Shown here: positions 50,301 to 62,425 of the stretch, one piece after another
Numbering within the stretch: the first letter of the stretch is position 1
Layout: each line of letters begins with the position of its first letter
Origin: Macrostomum hystrix
Lineage: Eukaryota; Animalia; Platyhelminthes
Direction: 5' to 3'
Length of the DNA: 64,000 nucleotides
NCBI GenBank assembly: GCA_950097015.1
Contig: CATNEN010000007.1
Location: 1,426,001 to 1,490,000 of the forward strand
Position numbers and translations under genes: made by a program
The notes under the pieces: generated by a model
Told to the model about the DNA's origin: nothing
The model's input: only the letters and a program-made list of their open reading frames with translations
Database searches by the model: none

Positions 50301-53300
50301 AATCACTCATTCAGTCATAAATCACTCATCAGTCATAAATCCCTCATTCAGTCATAAATCACTCATTCAGTCATAAATCACTCATCAGTCATAAATCACT
50401 CATTCAGTCATAAATCACTCATTCAGTCATAAATCACTCATCAGTCATAAATCACTCATTCAGTCATAAATCACTCATTCAGTCATAAATCACTCATTCA
50501 GTCATAAATCACTCATTCAGTCATAAATCACTCATCAGTCATAAATCACTCATTCAGTCATAAATCACTCATTCAGTCATAAATCACTCATTCAGTCATA
50601 AATCACTCATTCAGTCATAAATCACTCATTCAGTCATAAATCACTCAGTCATCCAATCATTTGACTGAGTCATGTGTGCCCATCCGATTCCAGGCGTTCG
50701 CCAGCACCAACGACAGCCAGAAGGCCAGTGTGCTCTCGGGGCTGTCGGCCAGTTTGAGTCTGAACGACACAAAAGCTTTGAGCGATTTCTCGGCGATTCT
50801 GTCCGTACAGTTGCGCTCTAACAGAGACGCGGACAGTCGGACAGTTGAGCAGCTTCTCCGAGCAGTCAGCCAGGTGGCTAACAAGCCGCTGTGGCAGCAG
50901 GCGGATGATCGAATAGTTTCAGAGGCCGAAGATCTGGCTAAGACGGCTGCTTTGCTGGTTGACGCTGTGGACAATATCGGAATCGGACTGGCGCAGTCCG
51001 CAGTAAGCGACTTTCAGCTGACAGACGGTACAAATGGAATCGGTCAGTTCACTGTGCTTTCTGACGAACCCCAAAGTTCTCGAATGACCCCACAGTCTAG
51101 GAATGACCCCAAAGTCTAGGAATGACCCCAAAGTCTAGGAATGATCCCAAAGTCTAGGAATGACCCCAAAGTCTAGGAATGACCCCAAAGTCTAGGAATG
51201 ATCCCAAAGTCTAGGAATGACCCCAAAGTCTAGGAATGACCCCACAGTCTAGGAATGACCCCAAAGTCTAGGAATGATCCCAAAGTCTAGGAATGACCCC
51301 AAAGTCTAGGAATGACCCCAAAGTCTAGGAATGACCCCAAAGTCTAGGAATGACCCCAAAGTCTAGGAATGACCCCAAAGTCTAGGAATGACCCCCACAG
51401 TCTAAGAATGAACACATAGTCTAAGAATGGCCCCACAATCTACAAATGATCCCACATTCTTCAAATGACCCCACAATCTACAAATAACCCCACAATCTAT
51501 TAATGACCCCACAATCTACAAATAACCCCACAATCTACAAATAACCCCACAATCTATTAATGACCCCACAATCTACAAATGATCCCACAATCTACAAATG
51601 ATCCCACAATCTATAAATGACCCCACAATCTATAAATGATTCCACAATCTACAAATGATCCCACAATCTACAAATGATCCCACAATCTACAAATGATCCC
51701 ACAATCTACAAATGATCCTGCAATCTACAAATGACCCCACAATCTATAAATGACCCCACAATCTATAAATGACCCCACAATCTACAAATGAGCCCACAAT
51801 CTACAAATGACCCCACAATCTATAAATGATCCCACAATCTACAAATGACCCCACAATCTATAAATGATCCTGCAATCTACAAATGACCCCACAATCTATA
51901 AATGACCCCACAATCTACAAATGACCCCACAATCTATAAATGATCCCATGAATCTACAAATGAGCCCACAATCTACAAATGATCCCACAGTTGTAACTGC
52001 CTGACCCAGTAGAGTTTGCACTATTCTGGTTTTATTCCGCTCCCAGTTGTGTTCAGTCTAAAACTGAAAACTTTTAAACCGGAAATTTGAGTGCAATGTC
52101 TGTTTGGTATTCTCTCAGTGCTGCGAAATAGTCAGAAAATGGCTTGTTCTGAAAAACAGATTTCAACAGTTGCAACATCAGTTTTGTATTAGAAGCGCGC
52201 GTGTCCTGAATATCGTAACAGTTTGTGTATCGGCAGCCCAGTAAAAGAATTGCATTAAATGTTTTTTTTGCAACCTAAAACTGGCATTGCAAGGCCTGAA
52301 ATGTTTAGTCACAGTCTGGTTATCAGTATTTTCGCTGGAAACAACTGCCAAATGCGTATTGTGTCTCATTCATGACCCACCATAACAGGCCTCTCATTCA
52401 GCCGTCTGGCAGAGGACCGCCACTGGATTCTCTCTCGTCCGGACAATGAGACCCAGCTGAAGCTGTCGGCAGCAGCTCCGGGCAAATCGGTGGTCACGGC
52501 GTCGTTGGACCTGCCGAAGCTCATTGGCAGCTTGAGAACTGGCGACTCAGGGAGCCGCGTGGCCAGTCGCATTGTGCAGGCCAGTCTATTCGGCAACAAC
52601 TCGAGCGGGGAGACCAGCCGGAGACTCAGCGGAGCATCGGTGCTGCTGCTGCTGAAGCATCTCAACAATGAGCCACTGCGGGGAGTCCGTAGACGCTGCG
52701 GCTATCTGTCGGATTCTGGCAGCATCGTCGATGACGGTTGCCAGGTGGTGCCGGAGCTCAGCAGTGAGCAGCGGACTGCGTGCCTCTGCAGCCATCTGAG
52801 CAGCTTCGCCGTGATTGTCACGCCTGGGGAGTCGTGGGCCACGATTGAGTCTGCTCAGCTGCTGATGCAGCACAGCTATTCTCTGAGCATTCTCACCTAC
52901 GCGTGCCTCGGATTGTCCATCCTCTGCCTGCTCTTCACCTGCGTCACCTACGCGCTGGTGCGAGTTAAGTCGCAAGCGGCGGATCACTCCATAGCCACCC
53001 TGCACCGAGTGCACAGCTGCCTGTCCGCTTGCATGCTGGGGGCCCACGCTCTGTTTCTGGCTGGCTTCGAGCGGGGACAAGCGTTCAGCCAGATTGGCTG
53101 CCAGGTGGTGTCCGGGGCAACCGTCTACCTGTTTCTGGCTGTCTTCTGCTGGCTGCTGTGCGAGGGATTCATGTACACCAAGAGCCTCATCATTGTGCTT
53201 CCTGGCGTTGACTCAGCCTTTGCAAGGGTGCGCGACTGGGTGGTCGTTCGGAAAATGAATTAAGATGGATGGCGGAGTGGGGTGGGTGACTGAGTGAGGT

Positions 53301-54656
53301 GGGTGACGGAGTGAGGTGGGTGACGGAGTGAGGTGGGTGACTGAGTGAGGTGGGTGACGGAGTGAGGTGGGTGACTGAGTGAGGTGGGTGACGGAGTGAG
53401 GTGGATGACGGAGTGGGGTGGGTGACTGAGTGAGGTGGGTGACGGAGTAAGGTGGGTGACTGAGTGAGGTGGGTGACGGAGTAAGGGAAGGCAAGGAAAT
53501 AAGAGCAATTAAAAGGGATGAATCTATGAAGCGGAGTGAATCGTTTTCAAGAAGAAGTGTTTTAAAGGAACAATCTCGCGGTCGACACTTCATACTACTC
53601 AATGTTTCGCGACAGATACAATTTCGTCACTACTGCCTGCTAAGCGTCGTGGCGCCCGCCGTCGTGATCGCCTGCCTGGTGGCCATCCGGCCCAAGGAGC
53701 TAATCAGGTACCAGCCCACCTTGACTGCCAACACCGCCAGCCTGGAGGAACCGAAGACTTGCTGGCTGTCAGGCCAGTACGGCACAACTTGGGCCTTCCT
53801 AGGTCCCGTGATGCTGATCTGCTTCATCAACCTGATAGTCTTTGTTGCCATCCTTGTCAAACTGTCACGAAGGGATTATTCGACTCGCGGCGGCGAGGGG
53901 AGCGGAGGAAAAAACTGCACCGGCGGATCGTCGGCGCAGTACGGGCTGGCCGACATCCTGCGGCGACAGGTCCGTTGGGGTCACCTGTTCGACAGATTTT
54001 GAGTAACTCGCTAGACATTCTCAAACCCAACCGTTTCCGCACTCCAGGTGAAGCTGTCGGTAACCTTGGCCTCTCTTCTCGGTCTAACCTGGCTTCTGAG
54101 CATTCTGTTCCTATTCGCTGAGGGCTACTTGCTGCTGACTGCGCACTACCTGTTCGTCCTGCTCACCGGCCTGCAGGGCTGCTTCATCTTCTTCACCCAG
54201 ATCGCCTTCCACGACCGGATACGCGAGGCCTGGGAGAGGCGGCTGCTCCACTGCGGCGGCTGCCTGCCCTCCAAGCTGCGGCGCTACCTGGAGCGGCGTC
54301 GAACTGACCGGCTGAGCGGTGCAGCGGCAGCCAGGCAGCAGCAGCAGCAGCAGCAGAGACGCCTCGCCGGCAGTGGTTACAGCGGGGTCGCCGTTCAGGG
54401 CTCAAAGGTAGGCGACTGCGGCTGCTGTTGGAGCGCCCTCAGGCGCAGTTTTGCCGCTGGTTCGTCGGCCAACTCGCAGGCCGCGCTGTGCCCGGCGTCC
54501 GACAAGGATGAGCAGTTGAGGCTGCCCGACCCTGTCACTGGAGGCTTCGCTGCCACCGACTGCAACACACCTGTGGGCCTCTACCTGAGACAACTGCCCA
54601 CTGATAGTGTGGCTTCGACTGTTGAATCAGTGGCCACTGACATCACTAGGTTTTGA
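44352..54656 (+). CDS. Adhesion GPCR (signal peptide, unassigned Cys-rich ectodomain, GAIN/GPS, 7TM), 9 exons, ~1176 aa
   Basis: Exons 44352-44698, 44834-44988, 45091-45171, 45855-46532, 47689-47807, 50694-51042, 52389-53227, 53616-53969, 54048-54656 (3531 nt, phase-compatible). GPS CGY..DDGC..TACLCSHL|SSFAV; TM3 FLAVFCWLLCEG; TM5 AFLGPV; TM6 LLGLTW; TM7 LQGCFIF. Confidence 0.88.
45185..45315. repeat. 15-bp repeat CTGATTGGCTGATTG, ~7 copies
   Basis: Direct periodicity. Confidence 0.85.
46585..47090. repeat. 42-bp minisatellite, ~12 copies
   Basis: Unit GAGAGTGTACACTGCCTAATCCGTACACTCTCAATGCACTAT; translates as the repeated 14-aa YESVHCLIRTLSMH. Confidence 0.95.
47925..50648. repeat. 18/19-bp minisatellite TCACTCAT(T)CAGTCATAAA, ~145 copies
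   Basis: Direct periodicity; two length variants interspersed. Confidence 0.98.
51065..51990. repeat. 19-bp minisatellite with two unit types (GAATGACCCCAAAGTCTAG, then AAATGACCCCACAATCTAC), ~48 copies
   Basis: AATGA at 51121 and 51140; unit type changes near 51400. Confidence 0.95.
53270..53485. repeat. 17-bp repeat GTGAGGTGGGTGAC(G/T)GA, ~12 copies
   Basis: Direct periodicity. Confidence 0.92.
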
Positions 54657-54679
54657 AGGACAGCCAGGCTGCCACCACA

Positions 54680-55240
54680 TGATCCTTTAGTAGGATTCTA
54701 CCCCATGATCCTCTAGTAGGATTCTACCCCATGATCCTCTAGTAGGATTCTACCCCATGGTCCATCAGTAGGACTCTACCCCATGATCCATCAGTAGGAT
54801 TCTACCCCATGATCCATCAGTAGGACTCTACCCCATGATCCATCAGTACGATTCTACTCCATGATCCATCAGTAGGATTCTACCCCATGATCCATCAGTA
54901 GGATTCTACCCCATGATCCATCAGTAGGATTCTACCCCATGATCCATCAGTAGGATTCTACCCAATGATCCTTTAGTAGGATTCTACCCAATGATCCTTT
55001 AGTAGGATTCTACCCAATGATCCTTTAGTAGGATTCTACCCAATGATCCTTTAGTAGGATTCTACCCAATGATCCTTTAGTAGGATTCTACCCAATGATC
55101 CTTTAGTAGGATTCTACCCAATGATCGTTCAGTAGGATTCTACCCATGATCCTTTAATAGGATTCTACCCCATGCTCCTTCAGTGGGATTCTACCCCCAT
55201 GCTCCTTCAGTGGGATTCTACGCCCCATGGTCCTTCAGTG
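54680..55240. repeat. 26-bp minisatellite AGTAGGATTCTACCCCATGATCCATC, ~21 copies
   Basis: CCATGATCCA at 54781 and 54807. Confidence 0.95.
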
Positions 55241-56354
55241 TCAGGTTTCAAGAACTCACCTATCACTAAGTGGTTATAAATCACTCAGATTTTTTTACTC
55301 CAAACTACAGTATCGAGAGCATTTTTATCAATAATTCACCGATCACACTACTTTGCTCACAAGCGTGGCGTACTACTCACTCACCGAGTTCACACTAACC
55401 CCAACTCTCCCCATTTTTCTTTGAACTCATGGGCGCGTTCAGTCGGACTCTGTCTCCATGGCGGAGCAGCTCGGTCGTCGGTCGGAGGAGACGAACATCT
55501 CCTCGTCGGCTGCTGGGACACAGAGCAACTCAGTGGCTCCTTTGGTGTTTCAGGCCAAACCAGTGGCTGCTGGAAGTCTCACAGTGTCAGTCAGCCTGAG
55601 CGGAATTGAGTGCGCCTGCGAGTGTGACAACTGAATTCAGCAGGAGTCCATCATCTATTCACTATGCACTACTATCAAGTAGTCCACTTTGCATGTGCTC
55701 CAGTAATTTTGATTGCCTTGATTGCACCTTCTTCAATCAGTAGCTAAAGCCTGTTCTCTCAGATAATTTGGCGGCTTGCGGAACAGTGCCGAGACTTTTA
55801 ATAAGTTATTGGTCTTGTCTAATAATACTACCGAAACGGATTCTCAAAGTTTTCTGGTCTCGCGTTGCTTGATTAATGCTTTTATTATTTCCTGAGATAA
55901 CAAAAAGAAGCTTGCCTTTTTGTAGCCTTCTGCTCTGGTCACAAAAATACTCATATTTTTCACTATTTGATACTACTACTGCTAGTAGTTTCAGCGAGCA
56001 CTCTATCCAGTCTATTCTTAACAGTGCACTTTCTGGCATCAGCCTGTTGTTCCAAGCCGCGCCTTTCTTGAATCCAAAGCAATTTTTCCAGTAAGTGTAA
56101 AATAAATGCATCCAAACTGCTTTGCTAGCTTACTAAGCAATATACGAACTCCGATCGAGTAGTTGCTTAAACTCGTAAGGAATGATCATAGAGAACATAT
56201 TATCACAATACTTAACGATATAATGTTTTTTTTCAATCTTTCGTTCTTGTATTTCACCCATTTTTTCAAGTGGTAGTCTCAAGACGCTACCAAAAATTTC
56301 CCAACCACCTCCTCAGACATGCCATTCGCTATGATAGAAATAGACCGAATACAA

Positions 56355-56965
56355 CACTGCACACCTGCTATGCTAGACACCCATCTCACTCCAACACTGC
56401 ACACCTGCTCTGCTAGACACCCATCTCACTCCAACACTGCACACCTGCTCTGCTAGACACCCATCTCACTCCAACACTGCACACCTGCTCTGCTAGACAC
56501 CCACCTCACTCCAACACTGCACACCTGCTCTGCTAGACACCCACCTCACTCCAACATTGCACACCAGCTCTACTAGACACCCACCCCACTCCAACACTGG
56601 TCACATGCTCTGCTAGACACCTACCTCACTCCAACACTGGTCACATGCTCTGCTAGACACCCACCTCACTCCAACATTGCACACCAGCTCTACTAGACAC
56701 CCACCCCACTCCAACACTGGTCACATGCTCTGCTAGACACCCACCTCACTCCAACACTGCACACCTGCTCTGCTAGACACCCACCTCACTCCAACACTGG
56801 TCACATGCTCTGCTAGACACCCACCTCACTCCAACACCCCACACCTGCTCTACTAGACACCCACCCCACTCCAACACTGCACACTTGCTCCGCTAAACAC
56901 CCACCTCACTCCAACACTGGTCACTTGCTCTGCTAGACACCCACCTCGCTCCAACACTGCACACA
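56355..56965. repeat. 40-bp minisatellite, ~15 copies
   Basis: ACACCTGCTC at 56401 and 56441. Confidence 0.95.
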
Positions 56966-57221
56966 TCCTCCGCTTGACATTCACTGTTGGACACTTTAAT
57001 TTGTTTTTTATTGAAAACCTGCTTTCACTTGAATTAGATCAAGTTATTCATAAAGGGAAACTTGAAACTATCAGTAGTCCAAAGAAACAGTGACAGCAAT
57101 AAGCATTGTTGAAGATTATAAAACTGGGATAAAAGAGACTTCAAAAAGGCGTTAAATTTGACACTCGAGTGTAAAATTCCCACAGCTTTTCGTGTGACGC
57201 AAGAAAACCTAGAAAATAGGT

Positions 57222-60200
57222 TTAGTAACGACATCCAAAAGTGATCGCCAGAAAAAAGCTGAACAAAGTAGCCACGGATTCACCAATTCTATTAGTGGTT
57301 TTAAAAAGGCTCCGCGCACTGCTGCTACCGTAGCCGAACATTGCGTCGGTAATGGCTTTGTAATCGCTGACAGAGGAAACTGTGACCCCGCCAAGGCTGC
57401 TGCTGATTGTGGCGTTGGACGAGGCGACGGAGGCAGTGAGTGCGGCAGCGGAGAGAGGGCTCGCGACTGCCGCGACCGCTGCCAAAGTTTTTGGTCAGAG
57501 ATGCAATATTTTATTAGAAAGATTTTCCTTCTGCTAACACCACCCCACTAAAAATTCGAGTAAATAGCTCACTGCACCCACCGCCTCACAGCATTAAACA
57601 CCCACTACACAAACCCATCACTGCGCCTGCCACCTCACTGCACCCGCCACCTCACTGCAACCGCGACCTCACTGCACCCACCACCTCACTGCAACCGCGA
57701 CCTCACTGCACCCACCACCTCACTGCACCCACCACCTCACTGCACCGACCACCTCACTGCACCCACTACCTCACTGCACCCACCACCTCACTGCACCCAC
57801 CACCTCACTGCACCCACCACCTCACTGCACCCACCACCTCACTGCACCCACCACCTCACTGCACCCACCACCTCACTGCACCCACCACCTCACTGCACCC
57901 ACCACCTCACTGCACCCACCACCTCACTGCACCCACCACCTCACTGCACCCACCACCTCACTGCACCCACCACCTCACTGCCGGAATTCTCGTGTTTACC
58001 AGCCCGTCTTTTTCGGCCGCTTCCGCTAGCTGCAGCGGAGCACAGACTGTTTCCAACGGGAGCCAGGACATAGACGGCCACCTCGAGATCGCCAGACTGA
58101 GCAGTGCTAACTGAGAAGTCCACATAGCTGACGTCAGTAGAGGACACCAGGCTGGTGGCGGCCAGGTTTCCGGCGCCTCCAGCCGAGATAGAGGGGCAGC
58201 ACTGAGCTGGCTGCAGCCGGCAGTATTCGTTGATGACCGCAGCTAAAGCTGAGCTCAGTGCCGGCCAGACATCTCGTTTGAACTGCAATCGGTGTGGAAG
58301 ATTTCCTAGAATGTGTACTGCGAATTCAATGCCGCTAAGTACTATTCCCATACGAGACAAATTATTTTACAGCAAACTGTGAATCGACCAGTTCTGTGAT
58401 TTGGCGATATCTGAGAATTAGCGATACCTGAGAATTGGCGATACCTGAGAATCAGCCATACCTAAGTATCAGCGATACCTGAGAATTGGCGATACCTGAG
58501 AATCAGCGATACCTGAGAATCAGCGATACCTGAGAATTGGCGATACCTGAGAATTGGCGATACCTGAGAATCAGCGATACCTGAGAATTAGCGATACCTA
58601 AGAATCAGCGATACCTGAGAATTGGCGAAATCTGAGAATTAGCGATACCTGAGAATTGGCGATACCTGAGAATTAGCGATACCTGAGAATTAGCGATACC
58701 TGAGAATTAGCGATACCTGAGAATTAGCGACACCTGGGGTGTCTGGGGGGAAACTTACCCCGCCGTATCCCAGAGGAATTCTGGCGCAGCTGCCGCCGGT
58801 GCAGAACAAGCTACCGCGCAGCCGCAGCAGCACCCCATTGGAATAGGCGGAGGTGGCCAACTGGCAGCGGGGCCCGGTGAAATTCGACGGACATCGGCAG
58901 CCGCCGCAGGTGCTGGAGTTGGCAGTTTCGGCGCCTCCGTTCAGACAGGGCGAGCCGGTGGCAGCGCAGGCTCCGCAGCTGGCTGGCGGCTGGGCCGACT
59001 GCGACTGCTTCGCTGCGGTGGCGGGGCCGCGTTTTTGTCGGGAGTTTTATGCGCTGCGTGCACTACTGGCGAGTAGCGAAATCAGGCTGCCTGCCCCTGT
59101 TCTATTCCTTCTGCAATACCTTTGCCTTTCCAACGGATCTCGAAACCCCATCCCATCTCCCTTCTCCCTTCTCCCCAATACCATCCCCTTCTCCCTTTTC
59201 CCCTCTCCCATCTCCCATCTCCCATCTCCCTCCCTCTCCCTATCTCATCTCTCTTCCCCATATCCCTTCTCCCTTCTCATTCTCCCATCTCCCTTCCCCC
59301 TATCCCATGTCCCTTTTCCCGTATCCCACTCCTTTGTCCTCTCTCCAATCTCCCTTCTCTCCTATCCCGTCTCCCTTCTACCCTATCCGTCCCTTCCCCC
59401 TATCCCATCTCCCATCTCCCATCTCCCTTCTACCCTATTCCATCGCCCTATTTAAAAATCCCATCCCTACTACACCCCATCTATCTCTATTCCCAATCAT
59501 TCCACTCTCACTGGCTCCCTCAGTCTCCAAAGCGGTACTGTGCTCACCTGAGCAGTCGCTGCCACCGAAGCCAGTGGGGCAGCTGCACTTGCACACGGGC
59601 GGTGTGGCAGTTCGATTGTCCAAGGCTGAGCCGCAGTTCTTGCAGGCAACGGAGCAGGCTGTTGAGGGCAGTCAAGAAGGCACAATATTAAAGCACGAAA
59701 AACCTAAACGTACATATCAGCCAGGTGCATGCTCGCTGCTGATTCCCACGACTCACTGGCGGTCCCCTGCTGCGCAATCAGCTGAGCGTCGCCGGCGAGG
59801 CTGCCATTCACGCACAGGCCGTTCAGACAGTAGCCAGCTGACTCTGGACAGCCTGAGCAGGGAGTTCCCGATGTGTACACGTTGCTGGGGTACCTGGCAA
59901 CGTATTTTATCCGAGGTATCTTAAAATAATCAGATGACGAGGCATTTAACTACAAAAACTTTATACATAGTTACTCCTGCAGTTTACCTCTTCTCTCAAT
60001 AAATAAATATACTAATTTTCACGTTTTGTTTGTCTGTGTGTGTGTCTGTGTCATTTCGACATCTCCTCCTAGAATACTGGCAACTCAGCGTTGCAACTTA
60101 TATGGGAAAATGTGCAATTTTCCAAAGTCGGCTATAGGCTGTTTTAATTCTGAAACTTCAAATTCTAAGATCCTCAAAAAGCTGAAGAAAGTGTAAGTAG

Positions 60201-62425
60201 AATTGAGTACCCACCATGTCCCTTCCCTTAGCGAAAAATCAAATGGTTGCATCATGAAATTGTCGCCCATCTATTTAGTGTATTTTCTCTCCAGCGGGGG
60301 TCTGTACTCAGTTTTGAAGTTGGAGCGAAGAGGCGATGGGAGATGAGGCGATGGGAGATGAGTCGATGGGAGATGAGACGATTTGAGATGAGGCGATGGA
60401 AGATGAGGCGATGGGAGATAAGACGATGGGAGATCAGGCGATGGGAGATCAAGGCGATGGGAGATCAGGCGATGGGAGATCAAGGCGATGGGAGATGAGA
60501 CGATTTGAGATGAGGCGATGGAAGATGAGGCGATGGGAGATAAGACGATGGGAGATCAGGCGATGGGAGATGAGGCGATGGGAGATGAGGCGATGGGAGA
60601 TGAGTCGATGGGAGATGAGGCGATGGGAGATGAGGCGATGGGAGATTAGGCGATGGGAGATGAGGCGATGGGAGATCAGGCGATGGGAGATCAGGCGATG
60701 GGAGTTTGAGCCCCTCAACCTCCTCGTCCGGAGGAATTCAGCTCGTTAGTAATAATACAAATTATTTGCCAAGGCCTGCGGGCAATTGCACATTATTCGG
60801 TGACACTGAAACCGCAGCCAGTGATGAGGCGATTCTGCTCATTTTCGCTGACTCCTGAGCACACACGAACATAGATACTGTACGCAGGCACACACTCACA
60901 CAGGTGTGTTCATCTGCTCTGACTTTCTCATCGTCAGGCTGAGGGTACACTTTCTCTGTGCCTTGATGGTTGGCACTCAAGGGCGTAAATTGCACGACAA
61001 GCCCCCAAGCCTTCTCTCCGCGGCTGCGCCCCAAAAGAAAGTGGCCTCGCCGCGGAATCGAGCTCAGGGACCTTGGTGCTAGAGGCAGACGCGTCAACCG
61101 CTCTGCCACTCAGCCCCGCCATTTACCCTAGGGCTCGCTAACTTTTGGGATAATTGGGATAATTTTCCTTGAGGTATTTTGAGTAGCTTACATCTTATCG
61201 TACTCGCAGACCAACAGGTATTTGTTGACGCCGCACTCAGCAATAGCGCAGCCAACCTCAGACACTGTGGCTCCAGCCATTTGAAAATAGTGGCCACACA
61301 CGTTTAGTCCGAGCGAGTTGGGCAGGTTGCAGGCTTTGCGAGTGTAATCGTAGGCTAGCTTCTCCAGAAAGAAGAATGTTATGATGTCGGTAGTGTTGGT
61401 GCGATAGCCCTGGTAGAGATTCTCGCCCAGGTTCTGGTAGGGGCCGTTATAGTTGTGCTCGAAAACGCAGCGATTTGCCGCCAGCTGGGCTAGATTCTCG
61501 AGGTAGGGGTTCCAAGTCTAGCGTGGGGCGGGTGGCAAGGGAGAGGACTCGGTTTGTTCATCTCTGGATGTACATTCTAATCTAATATGCAGTGTACGTT
61601 GGGCGTAAAGTCTACAAGTCTTATCTTTGGCATGGAGTGGGGTGGGTTTCTCTTGTGGCTGTACATGGAAGACCGACGCAGAATGTACATTAGGCATGAG
61701 TTTATCGATTTATTTTTGATAGGCTGATGAGGCCTGTAGTCTGCTCCGTTGCCAAAATCTAACATAGGCGTTACTTTTAAGAACAAAATAAAGTAACGAC
61801 TGCTTCCAATTAACAGAAGCGTTTTTATGACTATCAAATGACAAGAATTTAGTCTCTTCCCAATTGTGAATTGAATCCATAGACAGGGGTTGTAGCTAAA
61901 AATGGAATTTTTGGACTCACGACTTGAAAGTCGGGAGTTCGATTCTCAACCACTGGAACAAGTTGTCGCCTTTAACAAGACAGCTAACTCTGCATGGCTT
62001 CAGTTCACCGAGCTGGTAAATGGGTGCCAGCATTAGCTGGGGTAATTGAGGGTGGGTGTGGCGTCAGTCCCCAGTCCATGGACTGAACAGCCGTACGCAG
62101 CCTTCAGATGTAATCGGTTATAATCAGTTATAATTTTCTTATTAGTTATTATGAGGCTACAATGAAGCTATGAGGCTATCTAATATTTGATAGATAATGG
62201 CTTTAAGTAGGTTGGATTATACAGTTAACTTGAAATATTTTTTTTAGTAAAAACCTGCATATGAACCTAAAATCTCACCAGGTAGTTCATGTTGGCTGCA
62301 GACGGACTAACAGACCTGCGAAGGCGGTTGTGAGTGTCCAAAGTTTCCGCTTTCTGACCCGGAGTTAGTTCAAGGCCGCTGACGACGGGAAGTAGAACCA
62401 GCATAAGCGGAAGCACGCTTGCCAT
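57222..62425 (-). CDS. Secreted/membrane CAP (SCP/CRISP/PR-1) domain protein with hinge, two EGF-like repeats, unassigned Cys domain, RKRR site, Ser/Ala stalk and hydrophobic C-terminus; 7 exons, ~511 aa
   Basis: Exons 62425-62279, 61517-61192, 59893-59757, 59658-59548, 59012-58759, 58282-57979 (alternative donor 58000), 57478-57222; phase-compatible. Signal MASVLPLMLVLLPVVSG; HNRLRR..P.AANM, LGENL, CGHYFQ, VGC, LVCEY; YTSGTPCSGCP; CKCSCPTGFGGSDC; CLNGG..CRCPSNFTGPRC. Confidence 0.87.
57610..57978. repeat. 17-bp repeat (minus strand GTGAGGTGGTGGGTGCA) starting at the exon 6 donor, ~21 copies
   Basis: Direct periodicity. Confidence 0.95.
58400..58735. repeat. 17-bp repeat GCGATACCTGAGAATTA, ~19 copies
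   Basis: ACCTGAGAAT at 58681 and 58698. Confidence 0.95.
59140..59490. repeat. Pyrimidine-rich low-complexity tract (CCCATCT/CCCTTCT)
   Basis: Direct inspection. Confidence 0.85.
60330..60703. repeat. 15-bp repeat GAGATGAGGCGATGG, ~25 copies
   Basis: Direct periodicity; a ~90-bp block is duplicated. Confidence 0.95.
61040..61120 (-). mobile_element. tRNA-like head of a second SINE family (or tRNA pseudogene)
   Basis: Minus strand GGCGGGGCTGAG-TGGCAGAGCGG (A box, 61098-61108) and AGCTCGATTCC (degenerate B box, 61054-61064). Confidence 0.5.
61886..62110 (+). mobile_element. SINE family 1, diverged copy
   Basis: GGGGTTGTAGC..GAGTTCGATTC..CTTCAGTTCACC..AAATGGGTGCCAGC..CCCAGTCCATGGACTGAACAGC..GCCTTCAGATG is collinear with the reverse complement of 22530-22754. 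Confidence 0.8.

Noticed and set aside
55700-56111. AT-rich ORFs between the aGPCR and CAP gene 3' ends
   Set aside because: No motif; several frames are partly open; possibly a TE relic but unsupported
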